A stretch of 55,093 nucleotides of DNA. It comes from a virus (lineage: Duplodnaviria > Caudoviricetes). Made by a program: the position numbers and the translations under genes. The DNA lies in the IMG/VR virus record IMGVR_UViG_3300032093_000174, positions 1 through 55,093 of that record; one strand, written 5' to 3'. Below, piece by piece: positions 23,154 to 32,302 of the stretch (position 1 is its first letter; each line of letters begins with the position of its first letter). The notes under the pieces are model-generated. The model saw only the letters and a list, made by a program, of their open reading frames with translations. It had not been told where the DNA came from and ran no database searches.

Positions 23154-24445
23154 TGACAACTAGCTGGGACTGTTTTGATACTCTTGTAACGAGAATGCGC
23201 CTAAATCCTCTCACAGTTTTTGACTGGATGGGAGAAAAGTACGGACTGCCTAATTTCACTCACAGGCGAAAAGCGGCGGAAAGCAGATCCCCAGAAATGC
23301 TGTTCTCTATTTATGAAGAACTTGCGAAAGATTATCAGTGGACCGAAGAGCAAAAAGCTTTTTACAAGAAGGCCGAAATCCAGGCAGAGATTGAACAATG
23401 TGTACCCATTGAAGAGAATCTTCGCCAAGTAAAAGACGGTGATTTAATCGTCAGCGATATGTATCTTCCGCGAGAAGTCATTGAGGCAATCTTGCGCAAA
23501 AATGGGCTAAACAAAGCGGTGTCAATCTATGTGAGCACTGGCGGCAAAAGCTCAGGAACCATCTGGAAGCACCTCCCTTCCATTGATCTCCACATAGGAG
23601 ATAATCTGCATTCTGATGTGAATAGCCCTAGCGCTTTCGGAATTGACGCCAAACACTACACAAATTTTGAGCTAAATACTCTGGAGCAATTGGTCGGCGG
23701 CGAATTGGGCCTGCTAATGCGCGTGGTGAGATTGGCCAATCCGTATGAGCCTGGCACCATCTTACATCGCATGTGGTTAGAGCAGTCACAGTTAAATGTG
23801 CCAGCGCTCATCCTTGCATCCGCTTCTCTTCCATCGGATAATCTTGCTTTTGTTCATCGTGATTGCGTACATTTACAGCGCATCCATGAACAGCTTCACG
23901 GGTGCCAAAACGTAGCCTTTCATTGCTCAAGAATTGCAATGGAGAAAAAGGGGGATGCGTGGAATGACTATGTGATTAACACTGCCAAGGGCCGAACTAT
24001 TGTTGATTTACAAGGCACCGGAGGAAGCGTTGGAAGATATTGGGCAGAAGCTTTTTATGAAAGGCCCGAGATTATTTATGTCACTGGGATGATGGCGGTG
24101 GGAAAGGCTTTGGTCACTATTCCCACTGACGTTATTGAAAGGTTTAATTCTTCTCCATTGGGATCACTGGGGATGTTTCCTGAAAGATTTGAGAATGAGT
24201 TTGACAAAGATGTTTTGGAGTGTCAGAAACTAGCCGTTGACAAGGCCATTCAATACATGCCCTATTTTTCCTTGAAACAAGAAAACCTTGGCTTGCTTGC
24301 CCGTTTGGTTTCCTTGATGTATCACTCGCATACTCCTGTGTGGAACAACCATCAAAGCAATCATGCCATTGACAAGGTGGAGCATGATTGGCCCGCTGCG
24401 CGAGCATTGGACGATACAATTGCAATAGGAATGGCATTTGAATGA
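23153..24445 (+). CDS. HAD-superfamily hydrolase of the type found in glycan loci
   Basis: SWDCFDTL, VSDMYL, K..G and HIGDN..SD motifs. Confidence 0.8.
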   Translation: MTTSWDCFDTLVTRMRLNPLTVFDWMGEKYGLPNFTHRRKAAESRSPEMLFSIYEELAKDYQWTEEQKAFYKKAEIQAEIEQCVPIEENLRQVKDGDLIVSDMYLPREVIEAILRKNGLNKAVSIYVSTGGKSSGTIWKHLPSIDLHIGDNLHSDVNSPSAFGIDAKHYTNFELNTLEQLVGGELGLLMRVVRLANPYEPGTILHRMWLEQSQLNVPALILASASLPSDNLAFVHRDCVHLQRIHEQLHGCQNVAFHCSRIAMEKKGDAWNDYVINTAKGRTIVDLQGTGGSVGRYWAEAFYERPEIIYVTGMMAVGKALVTIPTDVIERFNSSPLGSLGMFPERFENEFDKDVLECQKLAVDKAIQYMPYFSLKQENLGLLARLVSLMYHSHTPVWNNHQSNHAIDKVEHDWPAARALDDTIAIGMAFE

Positions 24446-24702
24446 TGACCAAAAAGCAAAAGCAGGCAAAAGTTGCCAAGGTTATGGGGGAATTCAAGGC
24501 TGGCACCTTAAAAGGAAGTGATAAAAAGCCAATTAAGAATTACAAGCAGGCAGTTGCCATTGCTCTCTCTGAAGCTGGCATGAGCATGCCAAAGAAGGAT
24601 GCAAGCGAAGAATACATGCGGGCGTTCATTCGCCAAGTCTTAGAAGAGGAAGAAGCGATGGAAGAAGAGGGAGAAGAGGAGGAAGAAGAGGGAAAGGATT
24701 GA
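24442..24702 (+). CDS. DUF6496-like small protein with acidic tail
   Basis: KVAKVMGEFKAGTL…KQAVAIALSEAG. Confidence 0.7.
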   Translation: MMTKKQKQAKVAKVMGEFKAGTLKGSDKKPIKNYKQAVAIALSEAGMSMPKKDASEEYMRAFIRQVLEEEEAMEEEGEEEEEEGKD

Positions 24703-25046
24703 GGGGAGATGCCCAGTCATTCTCCCCTCCATCGTCTGTACGATCTGCCGCTCGTCGCGGCCTAGAACTGCGTAAGAAGCACGGTAAAGGCGGTCTTAGT
24801 ACGCAGGAGGCTGGCAAGCAAGGCATTGGAAGTGGGGTGGCAAGAGCTTCTGATTTGGCTGGCGGCGGTGCTGTGAGCTATGCAACGATCAAAAGGATGG
24901 CCGCATTCTTCTCTCGCCACGAAAAGAACAAGAGTGGAGGGGAAGATGATGCTGGTTACATCGCATGGTTGCTATGGGGAGGAAATGCAGGCAAGGCATG
25001 GGCCAATCGCATTATTAAGATGGTTGAAAGCGCTAAAGATCAATGA
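24699..25046 (+). CDS. basic head-module-associated hypothetical protein
   Basis: ARRGL…GVARA…TIKRM.AFFSRH…GYIAWLLWGG, a domain I recall from phage head modules. Confidence 0.7.
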   Translation: MRGDAQSFSPPSSVRSAARRGLELRKKHGKGGLSTQEAGKQGIGSGVARASDLAGGGAVSYATIKRMAAFFSRHEKNKSGGEDDAGYIAWLLWGGNAGKAWANRIIKMVESAKDQ

Positions 25047-25351
25047 GCGAATACGTGCGGGTGATTGAAGAAGAGGAAGATGGTATTGGCGTGATGAAAG
25101 CGCTTGCCATTCTTTCCGCTAACGAGCATCGCAACACCTCACAGTGGCGCCTCGTCGAAGAGCAGCATTTCAAAAATGGACGCCTCGATGAAACTCACAT
25201 TTTTGTCATTAATGCCTATGACAAGCCTGACAAGCATTTTGATCAAGTGAAGATGCTGGTTTTTGAGGCTGAGGCTATTGCAAAGTCTTATGTGATGGAG
25301 GGTATTGAAAGTCAACTTGCAGAACTGTCGGATGAAGAGGACGATGATTAA
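25043..25351 (+). CDS. hypothetical acidic protein
   Basis: ATGA coupling. Confidence 0.7.
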   Translation: MSEYVRVIEEEEDGIGVMKALAILSANEHRNTSQWRLVEEQHFKNGRLDETHIFVINAYDKPDKHFDQVKMLVFEAEAIAKSYVMEGIESQLAELSDEEDDD

Positions 25352-25590
25352 TCTTCGCTTACTGCGGAGACTACGAATGTGGGGTAGCCAAGAAGATACA
25401 AAATTGAAAGCTGAAAAGCAGAACTAAGCAAGCGTATCTCCGCGCAATCAGGCGAAATAATGCCTCGCTCCATTCGCGAAACGGTGGTTTGGTCGCAATG
25501 AAGGATGGCCGCTATGTCGCATTGTGACATGCCGCTGTTGAGGCGAGCTTCTCTCATTCGCTGTCCAATCACTTGCCTGCTTTCTTGCAT
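25348..25590 (-). CDS. XRE/Cro-C1 helix-turn-helix protein
   Basis: IGQRMREAR..SGMSQ..IA…QTTVSRMERG…P. Confidence 0.85.
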   Translation of the reverse strand: MQESRQVIGQRMREARLNSGMSQCDIAAILHCDQTTVSRMERGIISPDCAEIRLLSSAFQLSILYLLGYPTFVVSAVSED

Positions 25591-25708
25591 GGAAAGTATG
25601 GGAGCCTTTACTTTTGTGGTGATGCGCCGATGCTGAATATGCTGCATTTTTAGGCTGTATTTCCTAAGTTAGTCTATCTCGCGTTTTATTTCTTGATAGA
25701 GTATTGCC

Positions 25709-26899
25709 ATGAGCGACACCTGCTTTCGTTACGATGTAGCGCCGATTGACAAGTACGAAGTGACCCCTGAGGGTTATCTTCGTGCCTGGGCAACCATTGC
25801 GCGTACTGGTGTACAACATTACACCGACGCTGATGGTTCCATTCGTCGCGAATATCGTCCCGAAACCGAAGTGGCGTCTCCTGAAAGCTTGGCCTCATTT
25901 GCGGGCAAAGCAATCACTCTTGAGCACCCGCCAGTCTTATTAGATAGTGCCAATACAAAGGACTATCAAATTGGCTTCAGTGGCACTGAAGTGGTATATG
26001 ACAACGGCTTTGTCCGGGCAGTTATGACCATCACTGATCAGGAAGCCATTGAGCGCATTATGCGTGGTGATGCGAAGGAGGTCAGCGCTGGCTATCGCGT
26101 CAATTATGAAGCGACTCCTGGCGTAACCGACAGTGGTGAGAATTACGATGGCATCCAAACGGAAATCAGCGGAAATCACATTGCTGTTGTTCGCAGAGGT
26201 CGCGCTGGCCCGCAAGTGAAGCTTCATCTAGATCGTCTGGATGCTGCCGATCCTTCTCTATTTACTCCCATTGAGGAACCATCTATGACTGCAAAAGTCA
26301 ATTTTGATGGCGCTGAGTTTGAGGTGACCGAGAGCGTAGCTCTGGCGATCACCAAAGAACGGGAAGACGCCAAAATGTCCTACGAGGACATGAAGAAAAA
26401 GTGCGACGAGCTGCAAGCCGCCGCTGATTCCATGAAGGCCGAAATGGATGCCATGGAAAAAGAAATGAAGGGCAAGTGCGACTCTGCCGAAGGGCGTGCC
26501 GATGCTCTTGCTCAAGAACTGGAAGGCCTTAAGACTGATCTTGAAGCCGCCCAGAAAGTGAATGTGGACGGTCTTGTCGAAGAGCGCATTGCTCTGATTG
26601 ATAAAGCTCGCACTTCGCTTGATTCCGCTTTTGATTTTGCTGGCAAGTCTGCTCGCGAAATCATGGAAGCTTCCATCAAGGCCGTTCGTGGTGATGCTGA
26701 TTTGTCGGAGCGTTCCGACGATTACGTGACTGCCATGTTCGACACGCTGGCCGAATCGCCCCGCGCTGATTCTGCTGCTACGGAAGAACTGCGCAAAGCC
26801 GTTGCTTCCATTGCCTCTCCAGTATCTGCTCCTTCGTCCTACATGGACAAGCTTCAGAATGCTTGGAAATCCCCCCTCTCCGTTTCTAAGGAGCGCTGA
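25709..26899 (+). CDS. DUF2213 protein (prohead protease/scaffold)
   Basis: TPEGYL…ARTG…EYRP…ITLEHP…EVSAGY…NHIAVV.RGRAG, followed by coiled coil. Confidence 0.88.
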   Translation: MSDTCFRYDVAPIDKYEVTPEGYLRAWATIARTGVQHYTDADGSIRREYRPETEVASPESLASFAGKAITLEHPPVLLDSANTKDYQIGFSGTEVVYDNGFVRAVMTITDQEAIERIMRGDAKEVSAGYRVNYEATPGVTDSGENYDGIQTEISGNHIAVVRRGRAGPQVKLHLDRLDAADPSLFTPIEEPSMTAKVNFDGAEFEVTESVALAITKEREDAKMSYEDMKKKCDELQAAADSMKAEMDAMEKEMKGKCDSAEGRADALAQELEGLKTDLEAAQKVNVDGLVEERIALIDKARTSLDSAFDFAGKSAREIMEASIKAVRGDADLSERSDDYVTAMFDTLAESPRADSAATEELRKAVASIASPVSAPSSYMDKLQNAWKSPLSVSKER

Positions 26900-26902
26900 T
26901 CC

Positions 26903-27463
26903 ATGCCTGTAACTTTTTCCGCGTCGGGGTCTCCCTCTGCTGGCGGCGTGCAACAGAGCTACGCTCTTGTTCATGACGCACTGCTGGAAGGACAACTCTC
27001 TGACACCCGCGACAACACGATTAGCACCTGCATCAACGAAACCACCGTTGTGCAGCCTTTTGGTGACCTTCAGGTTTACAACCTTGCTGGTACTGTTGCT
27101 AACTCTGCAACCACCATTTCTGGCGCAACTGGCACCGTTCTTGGCGTCAACGTGCTCACCTACGTTGATGAAACTGCACGGAATGCCGACAATCGCCCTG
27201 GCGTCAAAGTTCGTCAAGCGATGAACGTTGCAAACGAAGGTGCAGTGGCCGTTTACGTGACTGGTGCAGTGAATCCTGCTTCGCCTGTTCGCGTGCTGTA
27301 TGCCGCCAGTGGCACTGGCAAGGCTGGTCAATTCAGTCATGCTTTTGCTTCTGGCCGTACTGTTCGCCTGTCCAACGCTCGCTTCCTCACGTCTACCACC
27401 AGTTCTGGTCTTGCGATCCTGGAGCTGAATGGTCCGAGCTTCACTCTCTCTGCCGATTCTTGA
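26903..27463 (+). CDS. capsid decoration/cement protein
   Basis: Between protease and major capsid genes; beta-rich. Confidence 0.7.
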   Translation: MPVTFSASGSPSAGGVQQSYALVHDALLEGQLSDTRDNTISTCINETTVVQPFGDLQVYNLAGTVANSATTISGATGTVLGVNVLTYVDETARNADNRPGVKVRQAMNVANEGAVAVYVTGAVNPASPVRVLYAASGTGKAGQFSHAFASGRTVRLSNARFLTSTTSSGLAILELNGPSFTLSADS

Positions 27464-27478
27464 TAGGAGGCCCTACTA

Positions 27479-28393
27479 ATGTCTGATTTTCGCATGGACG
27501 ATGCGGGCCTGTTTCTTGAGCGTCAGCTTGAGTACATTCGCCCCCAGGTATTTGAAATCGCTTATGCCGACATCAAATACCCCACGATTCTGCCTGTAAC
27601 CAGCGAAGCTGGCCCTGGCGCCCAAACCTTCACCTACCGTGTCATGGACTCCACTGGTGAGTTCCGTCTGATTGCGGATGCCGCCGATGATCTGCCCCGT
27701 GCCGACATCAGCCAGGTGGAAAAGAGCATCAACATTCGCTCCTTCGGTGGCTCCTTTGGTTACACCGTTCAGGAACTGCGTGCAGCTCAAATGGCCAACA
27801 TTGCTCTTGAGCAACGTCGCGCCGCTGCTGTGCGTCGTGCCTACGAGGAGAAAGTTGAAAGCGTTGCCATGTTCGGTGAATCCACCGTTAGCCTGGCTGG
27901 CTTCTTCAACAACGCCACTGTTGATGTGATTGCTGCTGACAAGTGGTTTACCACCTCCGGCACCACTGCTCAAGAAATGCTGGAACTGCTGAACTATGGC
28001 GTTAGCGCCATTATCAATGGTTCGCAAATGAAGGAGCAGCCCGACACCATTCTGCTGGCTTACGAGGACTACAACAAAGTGAGCACCACCCGTAACTCCG
28101 ATTCGTCGGACGTGACTGTGCTTGAGTATTTCCTGCGTACCAACCCCTACATCCGTAATGTTGAGCCCATCAACCAACTGACGAAGGGTAAGAACGGTGG
28201 CCGACTGAACACCAGCCGCATGGTGGTGTACAAGCGTGACCCTGAGAAAGTGCAACTGCACATCCCCCAGCCTCTTGAACTGTTCCCGCCCCAACAGCGT
28301 GGTCTGGAGTTCATTGTCCCTGCTCACGCTCGCGTGGGTGGTGTGGCTCTGTACTATCCCAAGAGCATGATCTACGTTCAGGCTTCATCCTGA
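27479..28393 (+). CDS. major capsid protein (DUF2184, HK97 fold)
   Basis: FL.RQLE.I, DLP.AD, YTVQEL.AA, TVLEYF, RMVVY and GGV..YYP motifs; strong AGGAGG upstream. Confidence 0.9.
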   Translation: MSDFRMDDAGLFLERQLEYIRPQVFEIAYADIKYPTILPVTSEAGPGAQTFTYRVMDSTGEFRLIADAADDLPRADISQVEKSINIRSFGGSFGYTVQELRAAQMANIALEQRRAAAVRRAYEEKVESVAMFGESTVSLAGFFNNATVDVIAADKWFTTSGTTAQEMLELLNYGVSAIINGSQMKEQPDTILLAYEDYNKVSTTRNSDSSDVTVLEYFLRTNPYIRNVEPINQLTKGKNGGRLNTSRMVVYKRDPEKVQLHIPQPLELFPPQQRGLEFIVPAHARVGGVALYYPKSMIYVQASS

Positions 28394-28448
28394 ACCTAGA
28401 CAAGCAAGGGGCGTTAAGCTTTATGACAGTTCTTCTTGAACATTCAAA

Positions 28449-28835
28449 ATGTTAATCGCTTACCGCCCTGAGCTTGAAAATCCGCCGCGTGAAGGTGGTT
28501 TTGGCATTATCACTGATACTGGCCTGATTCAACTGGCTCCTGGTCTTAACCAGGACATCCCGGAGCTTCAATGGAAAACCGCACGACAGAATCAAACCGT
28601 TAAACGGTTGATGACTATCGGCGCTATTGAAGAAGTGAAAGAACAACTCACCGTGGAAACCATTCCTCAGGATGTTCAGACACTGGTCAACATGCCTCTG
28701 GTAGAAGCTTTTCGTATTCTTGAGGTGATTCACGATCTGGATCAACTTGCAGAATGGAAGAAAAGCGAAGGGCGCGTCAGAATTCGTAATGCCATTACCA
28801 AGCGTCAAGAAGCAATCAAGATCGGGAAGGCTTGA
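28449..28835 (+). CDS. hypothetical head-associated protein
   Basis: Position after the major capsid gene. Confidence 0.7.
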   Translation: MLIAYRPELENPPREGGFGIITDTGLIQLAPGLNQDIPELQWKTARQNQTVKRLMTIGAIEEVKEQLTVETIPQDVQTLVNMPLVEAFRILEVIHDLDQLAEWKKSEGRVRIRNAITKRQEAIKIGKA

Positions 28836-28837
28836 TC

Positions 28838-29152
28838 ATGACCGTTACTTACGAAAGCTTTCTTACGCGCTTCCCCGAATTCACCCCCCATCCATCGGGA
28901 ATTGTAAACGGGGCCATCACTGAAGCCACTGCCGACGCCTCGGAAGACGTGTTTGGCGATCAAACTGATCGTGCAGTAAAGCATCTAGCGGCACATATTA
29001 TTGCCATTCAACTTGCACAAATGGGCGTTCAAATTGGCGCCACTGAAGGCAAGGTATATGGCAAGGGGCTGGAGGCCACTCAATATGGCCAAGAGTTCAA
29101 ACGAATGCTTGAAACCGTTGCTGGTTCTTTCTCCATTGGCTTTGTCGCATGA
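28838..29152 (+). CDS. head-tail adaptor (DUF4054-like)
   Basis: F..RFPEF, LAAH and T.YGQEF motifs. Confidence 0.8.
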   Translation: MTVTYESFLTRFPEFTPHPSGIVNGAITEATADASEDVFGDQTDRAVKHLAAHIIAIQLAQMGVQIGATEGKVYGKGLEATQYGQEFKRMLETVAGSFSIGFVA

Positions 29153-29538
29153 TTAACGGCCTCTCACCATTAGCTAATGCCACACTTGTGTGGTCGGTGG
29201 CTTCTGGTTATGCCGTTGATAGTGAAACGGGAAATTACATCTCCCTTTCATCAGGTGTGACATACTATGCCAGTTTGAAGCAAAAGCGCAATCCGCAGTA
29301 CGACTATTTGCTTGGTGCTGATAGTACGGCTGTCTACATGGAAGGACGACTGACGGGGCCATTGGCACTGTCTGGCATCACTCCCGGAAGCTCCGCTGTT
29401 GCAACAATCAATGGGAGGGAAGGACGGTTTGAGCTATTGCCAAACGAGCAAATTGCTGATCACTATTGGCAGTTTCTTGGCACGCCAATCAGAGGCATTT
29501 TTAGACTGGTTGGCAAAGGAAGCGTTCAAAACGTTTGA
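29149..29538 (+). CDS. putative head-closure/neck protein
   Basis: Size and position. Confidence 0.55.
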   Translation: MINGLSPLANATLVWSVASGYAVDSETGNYISLSSGVTYYASLKQKRNPQYDYLLGADSTAVYMEGRLTGPLALSGITPGSSAVATINGREGRFELLPNEQIADHYWQFLGTPIRGIFRLVGKGSVQNV

Positions 29539-29574
29539 CGCTTAACCATTTTCTTTCCCATTGAGGATTTTCTC

Positions 29575-30153
29575 ATGCTCTACCACCCGACTGAACTGGT
29601 TAAGAGCCAAGACGTTATTGTGCGTGTTGGCTCTGTGGCTGGTGTGGCTCGCCCTGTGATCACGCAGAGTGGTGCTACGTTCACTGTGAGCGGTGCTCCC
29701 ACCCTCTTTACCCTGCAAGCAGCCACGACGGCCTCTGTGGCCTTTAACGACGGCAATACCGAGTTCTACCTGCTGGGTGGCGGCGGTTTTGCTGACAGCG
29801 TGATTGTCACCTCTCAGGCCACTGCTTCCATCACTTCTTACTTCCAGAAAGATGTGGATGGCACTGTTTTCATCCCCAACAGCTTTGACGAAGCTTTCCA
29901 AGTGGTTGCCGCTTCTCGCTACGACAAAACCCAGGAAGTGTATGTTGAGATTAATAAGCAACTGGGCGTGAGTGGCACTACGTTCTTCTATGACCGCGTG
30001 GCATTTGTTGCTGCGGTGATGAACTATAACGAAAGCTATCCTGCAGACAATCTGGTTGAATGCAGCTTCGACCTGATTAGCCGTGGTCGCATCGGCATTC
30101 ACCAGAATGCCACCAACACTGGCAGCATCATCCCGACTGCTCCCAATAGCTGA
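29575..30153 (+). CDS. major tail tube protein
   Basis: Size, position, highly expressed codon style, followed by terminator. Confidence 0.7.
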   Translation: MLYHPTELVKSQDVIVRVGSVAGVARPVITQSGATFTVSGAPTLFTLQAATTASVAFNDGNTEFYLLGGGGFADSVIVTSQATASITSYFQKDVDGTVFIPNSFDEAFQVVAASRYDKTQEVYVEINKQLGVSGTTFFYDRVAFVAAVMNYNESYPADNLVECSFDLISRGRIGIHQNATNTGSIIPTAPNS

Positions 30154-30174
30154 CTTTCCTCCATCGTTTTTGCT

Positions 30175-30201
30175 AGCCTTCCTTTACGGGAAGGCTTTTT
30201 T
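30175..30201 (+). terminator. intrinsic terminator
   Basis: AGCCTTCC-loop-GGAAGGCT-TTTTT. Confidence 0.85.
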
Positions 30202-30204
30202 ATT

Positions 30205-30612
30205 GTGAATATTGCGCAGCTACGAGACACTATTACAACGCTGTTAAGCGCCAGCCCAAACCTAGTGGGTTCTTATGCGTTGCCCAATGGCACCACAATT
30301 CCTGCCATCTATGTGGTGGGTCAACAAGGTGTGCCTTCAGAGTTTAAGGCAACTGGACTAGAGGTGACAATGCGACAGTTTCCAGAGATTATCCCACGCT
30401 CACCACTGTGTAGCCTCAAAATGAACCAACTATGGGAAGTCATTTTGGTGCAATATACTCCCAGCGAAAACACTTTGCCGGTTGCAATGGACAGGATGGT
30501 TAGACGTTTCCCCGACTCCACGCCAAGATATTTTCCTGGTGATGACGTGGCCTATGAGCGCTGTCGATTTGTCATTCCAGATATGATTTTGCGCCCTCTG
30601 TATGGATCATGA
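30205..30612 (+). CDS. putative tail terminator/completion protein
   Basis: Size and position. Confidence 0.5.
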   Translation: MNIAQLRDTITTLLSASPNLVGSYALPNGTTIPAIYVVGQQGVPSEFKATGLEVTMRQFPEIIPRSPLCSLKMNQLWEVILVQYTPSENTLPVAMDRMVRRFPDSTPRYFPGDDVAYERCRFVIPDMILRPLYGS

Positions 30613-31067
30613 GTGCCATTGTTGTTGGAGCACAGGTTATTGGCGGGGAAGGATGGGAGAAAAAACTACGCGCCGCTTTTGAAGCCTGGGCATCAGAAGA
30701 TATTGATGATGCCTATTGGGATGATCAATTCAAGGATGACAAGTGGGTTTATCAAAACGAAACAAGGCGTAAAAATGGAGAAGTGGTGGGCTCTCCTCGT
30801 GACATCTACGATTTAGGCGAGCTCTACGAAAGTGGGAGAGAATCTTTCAGGATCACTCAGGGGTCAATGGATATTACTGCGTCATGGAATTGGGATGCAA
30901 AGAATTCTTCTGGCAGGGCATATGCGTGGTATGTTCACGAAGGGCTTGGTACCAATGTCACTCCCCGCCCATGGACTGACGAATTGCAAGTGCCTAGCAG
31001 ATTTGAGGCCAGCAGTGTTCGCCTTGCATTGAGGCGTAGAATCAAGATTGCTTTCCAGAGCAAGTGA
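30609..31067 (+). CDS. tail completion protein (HK97 gp10-like)
   Basis: RDIYD.GEL..S…YA.YVHEG…PRPW. Confidence 0.65.
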   Translation: MSAIVVGAQVIGGEGWEKKLRAAFEAWASEDIDDAYWDDQFKDDKWVYQNETRRKNGEVVGSPRDIYDLGELYESGRESFRITQGSMDITASWNWDAKNSSGRAYAWYVHEGLGTNVTPRPWTDELQVPSRFEASSVRLALRRRIKIAFQSK

Positions 31068-31327
31068 ATATTGATTATTTGTGGAGCGAGGACCAAACAG
31101 TCCACGCCATTAACTGCCTAATTGAAGGCACAGCCCTAGAAGCTGGTATCTTGTGTCTTGTTGCTTGCGGAGAAACTACCATTAGAATTTCAAACGAAAG
31201 TCACTCTCTCCTTGTTGAAGTGCCGCCTGATTTTCGTTCGGGCCACGAACGAGTGAAGGTGTTCAACGCATTGCTAAACATTCTTGACCATGAGCAAATA
31301 CAGCTTTCTTCTGGAAACCAAGACTGA
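31064..31327 (+). CDS. hypothetical protein
   Basis: GTGA coupling. Confidence 0.6.
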   Translation: MNIDYLWSEDQTVHAINCLIEGTALEAGILCLVACGETTIRISNESHSLLVEVPPDFRSGHERVKVFNALLNILDHEQIQLSSGNQD

Positions 31328-31841
31328 GGAGTTCTTTGAGCTTCTTCCAAATATTCGCATGAAGAAATATGGCGGATGGCTAGTGGCGGAAGCCATTGAG
31401 CAAGAGGAAATTAGCAAACTGCAAAGCCAAGCAACGATTCGCGCCGTTCAACTTGCAAAGCGCATCGCCACGGCGAAAGACATTCCCCTTGATGAGGCAT
31501 TCTCTTTGCTGCAAGGCGGTGCTGGCTCTATTACAGAAGCAGAACTACTCGCTGAATACACAGAAGAAACTCTCAGCATGATTACCAGCGGGTCTTCCGT
31601 GGAGAGCACTAACGCTCGCATGGCCACTGCTTTCGTGCGTTCTCGCGGGCAGGGGCTGGTGGATGGCGAATGGCAGGACTTGGCTGATTGGGACTTGGAA
31701 GACACGAAAACTCTGCCCCGTCGAGCCATCGCCAAAGTGGTGGAATTCATCTCCGCTGAGCAAGAAGCAGAAATGAAGGAGGCTGTAGATGGGGCAAAAA
31801 AATCCCAGAAGAGGAATACTCCTCAACAGCAGAACGCCTAG
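31290..31841 (+). CDS. tail assembly chaperone (gpG-like)
   Basis: Upstream of tape measure; slippery A AAA AAA at 31796-31802. Confidence 0.75.
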   Translation: MSKYSFLLETKTEEFFELLPNIRMKKYGGWLVAEAIEQEEISKLQSQATIRAVQLAKRIATAKDIPLDEAFSLLQGGAGSITEAELLAEYTEETLSMITSGSSVESTNARMATAFVRSRGQGLVDGEWQDLADWDLEDTKTLPRRAIAKVVEFISAEQEAEMKEAVDGAKKSQKRNTPQQQNA

Positions 31842-32269
31842 AAGCTCAGGCCAGGAAGTTTCTGACTTCTCTCACTCCATGGAATGATCTTTATTTTCGA
31901 CTATCTGCGTCGGATTTTAAGGATGAGCGATGGAGTGCGAGATGTTTTGGGCGTCAACGAGTGAGCGATGTCAAAGCAGCTCTAAAGTTTCTAGAGAAAC
32001 ACGACATCACTAAATACAACATTCAAAGCGTAGCTGTAGCAAAGCTTGGTGCAATGGCTGCAGGGATGATGGGCGGCAAGAAGGTTTCAGTGAAGCCAGA
32101 AAACTTCCTACCGTTTGACGCGACAAAAGTCAAGAAAGATCATGGAGTCACAGACGAAAGCCTTATGGTATTGCAGCGTTTAATGAAGGAGCGCGTGATG
32201 AATGGGCGAGTGATTGCTTTGCTTGCCGAAGAAATCAAAGCCTTTAGTGGACGCAACCAAGGGCAATGA
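31802..32269 (+). CDS. tail assembly chaperone gpT-like part, reached by -1 frameshift
   Basis: -1 frame is open from the slippery site into ORF 31961-32269. Confidence 0.75.
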   Translation: MPEEEYSSTAERLEAQARKFLTSLTPWNDLYFRLSASDFKDERWSARCFGRQRVSDVKAALKFLEKHDITKYNIQSVAVAKLGAMAAGMMGGKKVSVKPENFLPFDATKVKKDHGVTDESLMVLQRLMKERVMNGRVIALLAEEIKAFSGRNQGQ

Positions 32270-32302
32270 TTATAGAATTGGTAACATAGAGGGTTTTGTA
32301 AA

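Noticed and set aside
26258-28327. Long minus-strand ORFs (360 and 283 aa) and similar antisense ORFs elsewhere
   Set aside because: Shadow frames of the capsid, tape measure and fibre genes
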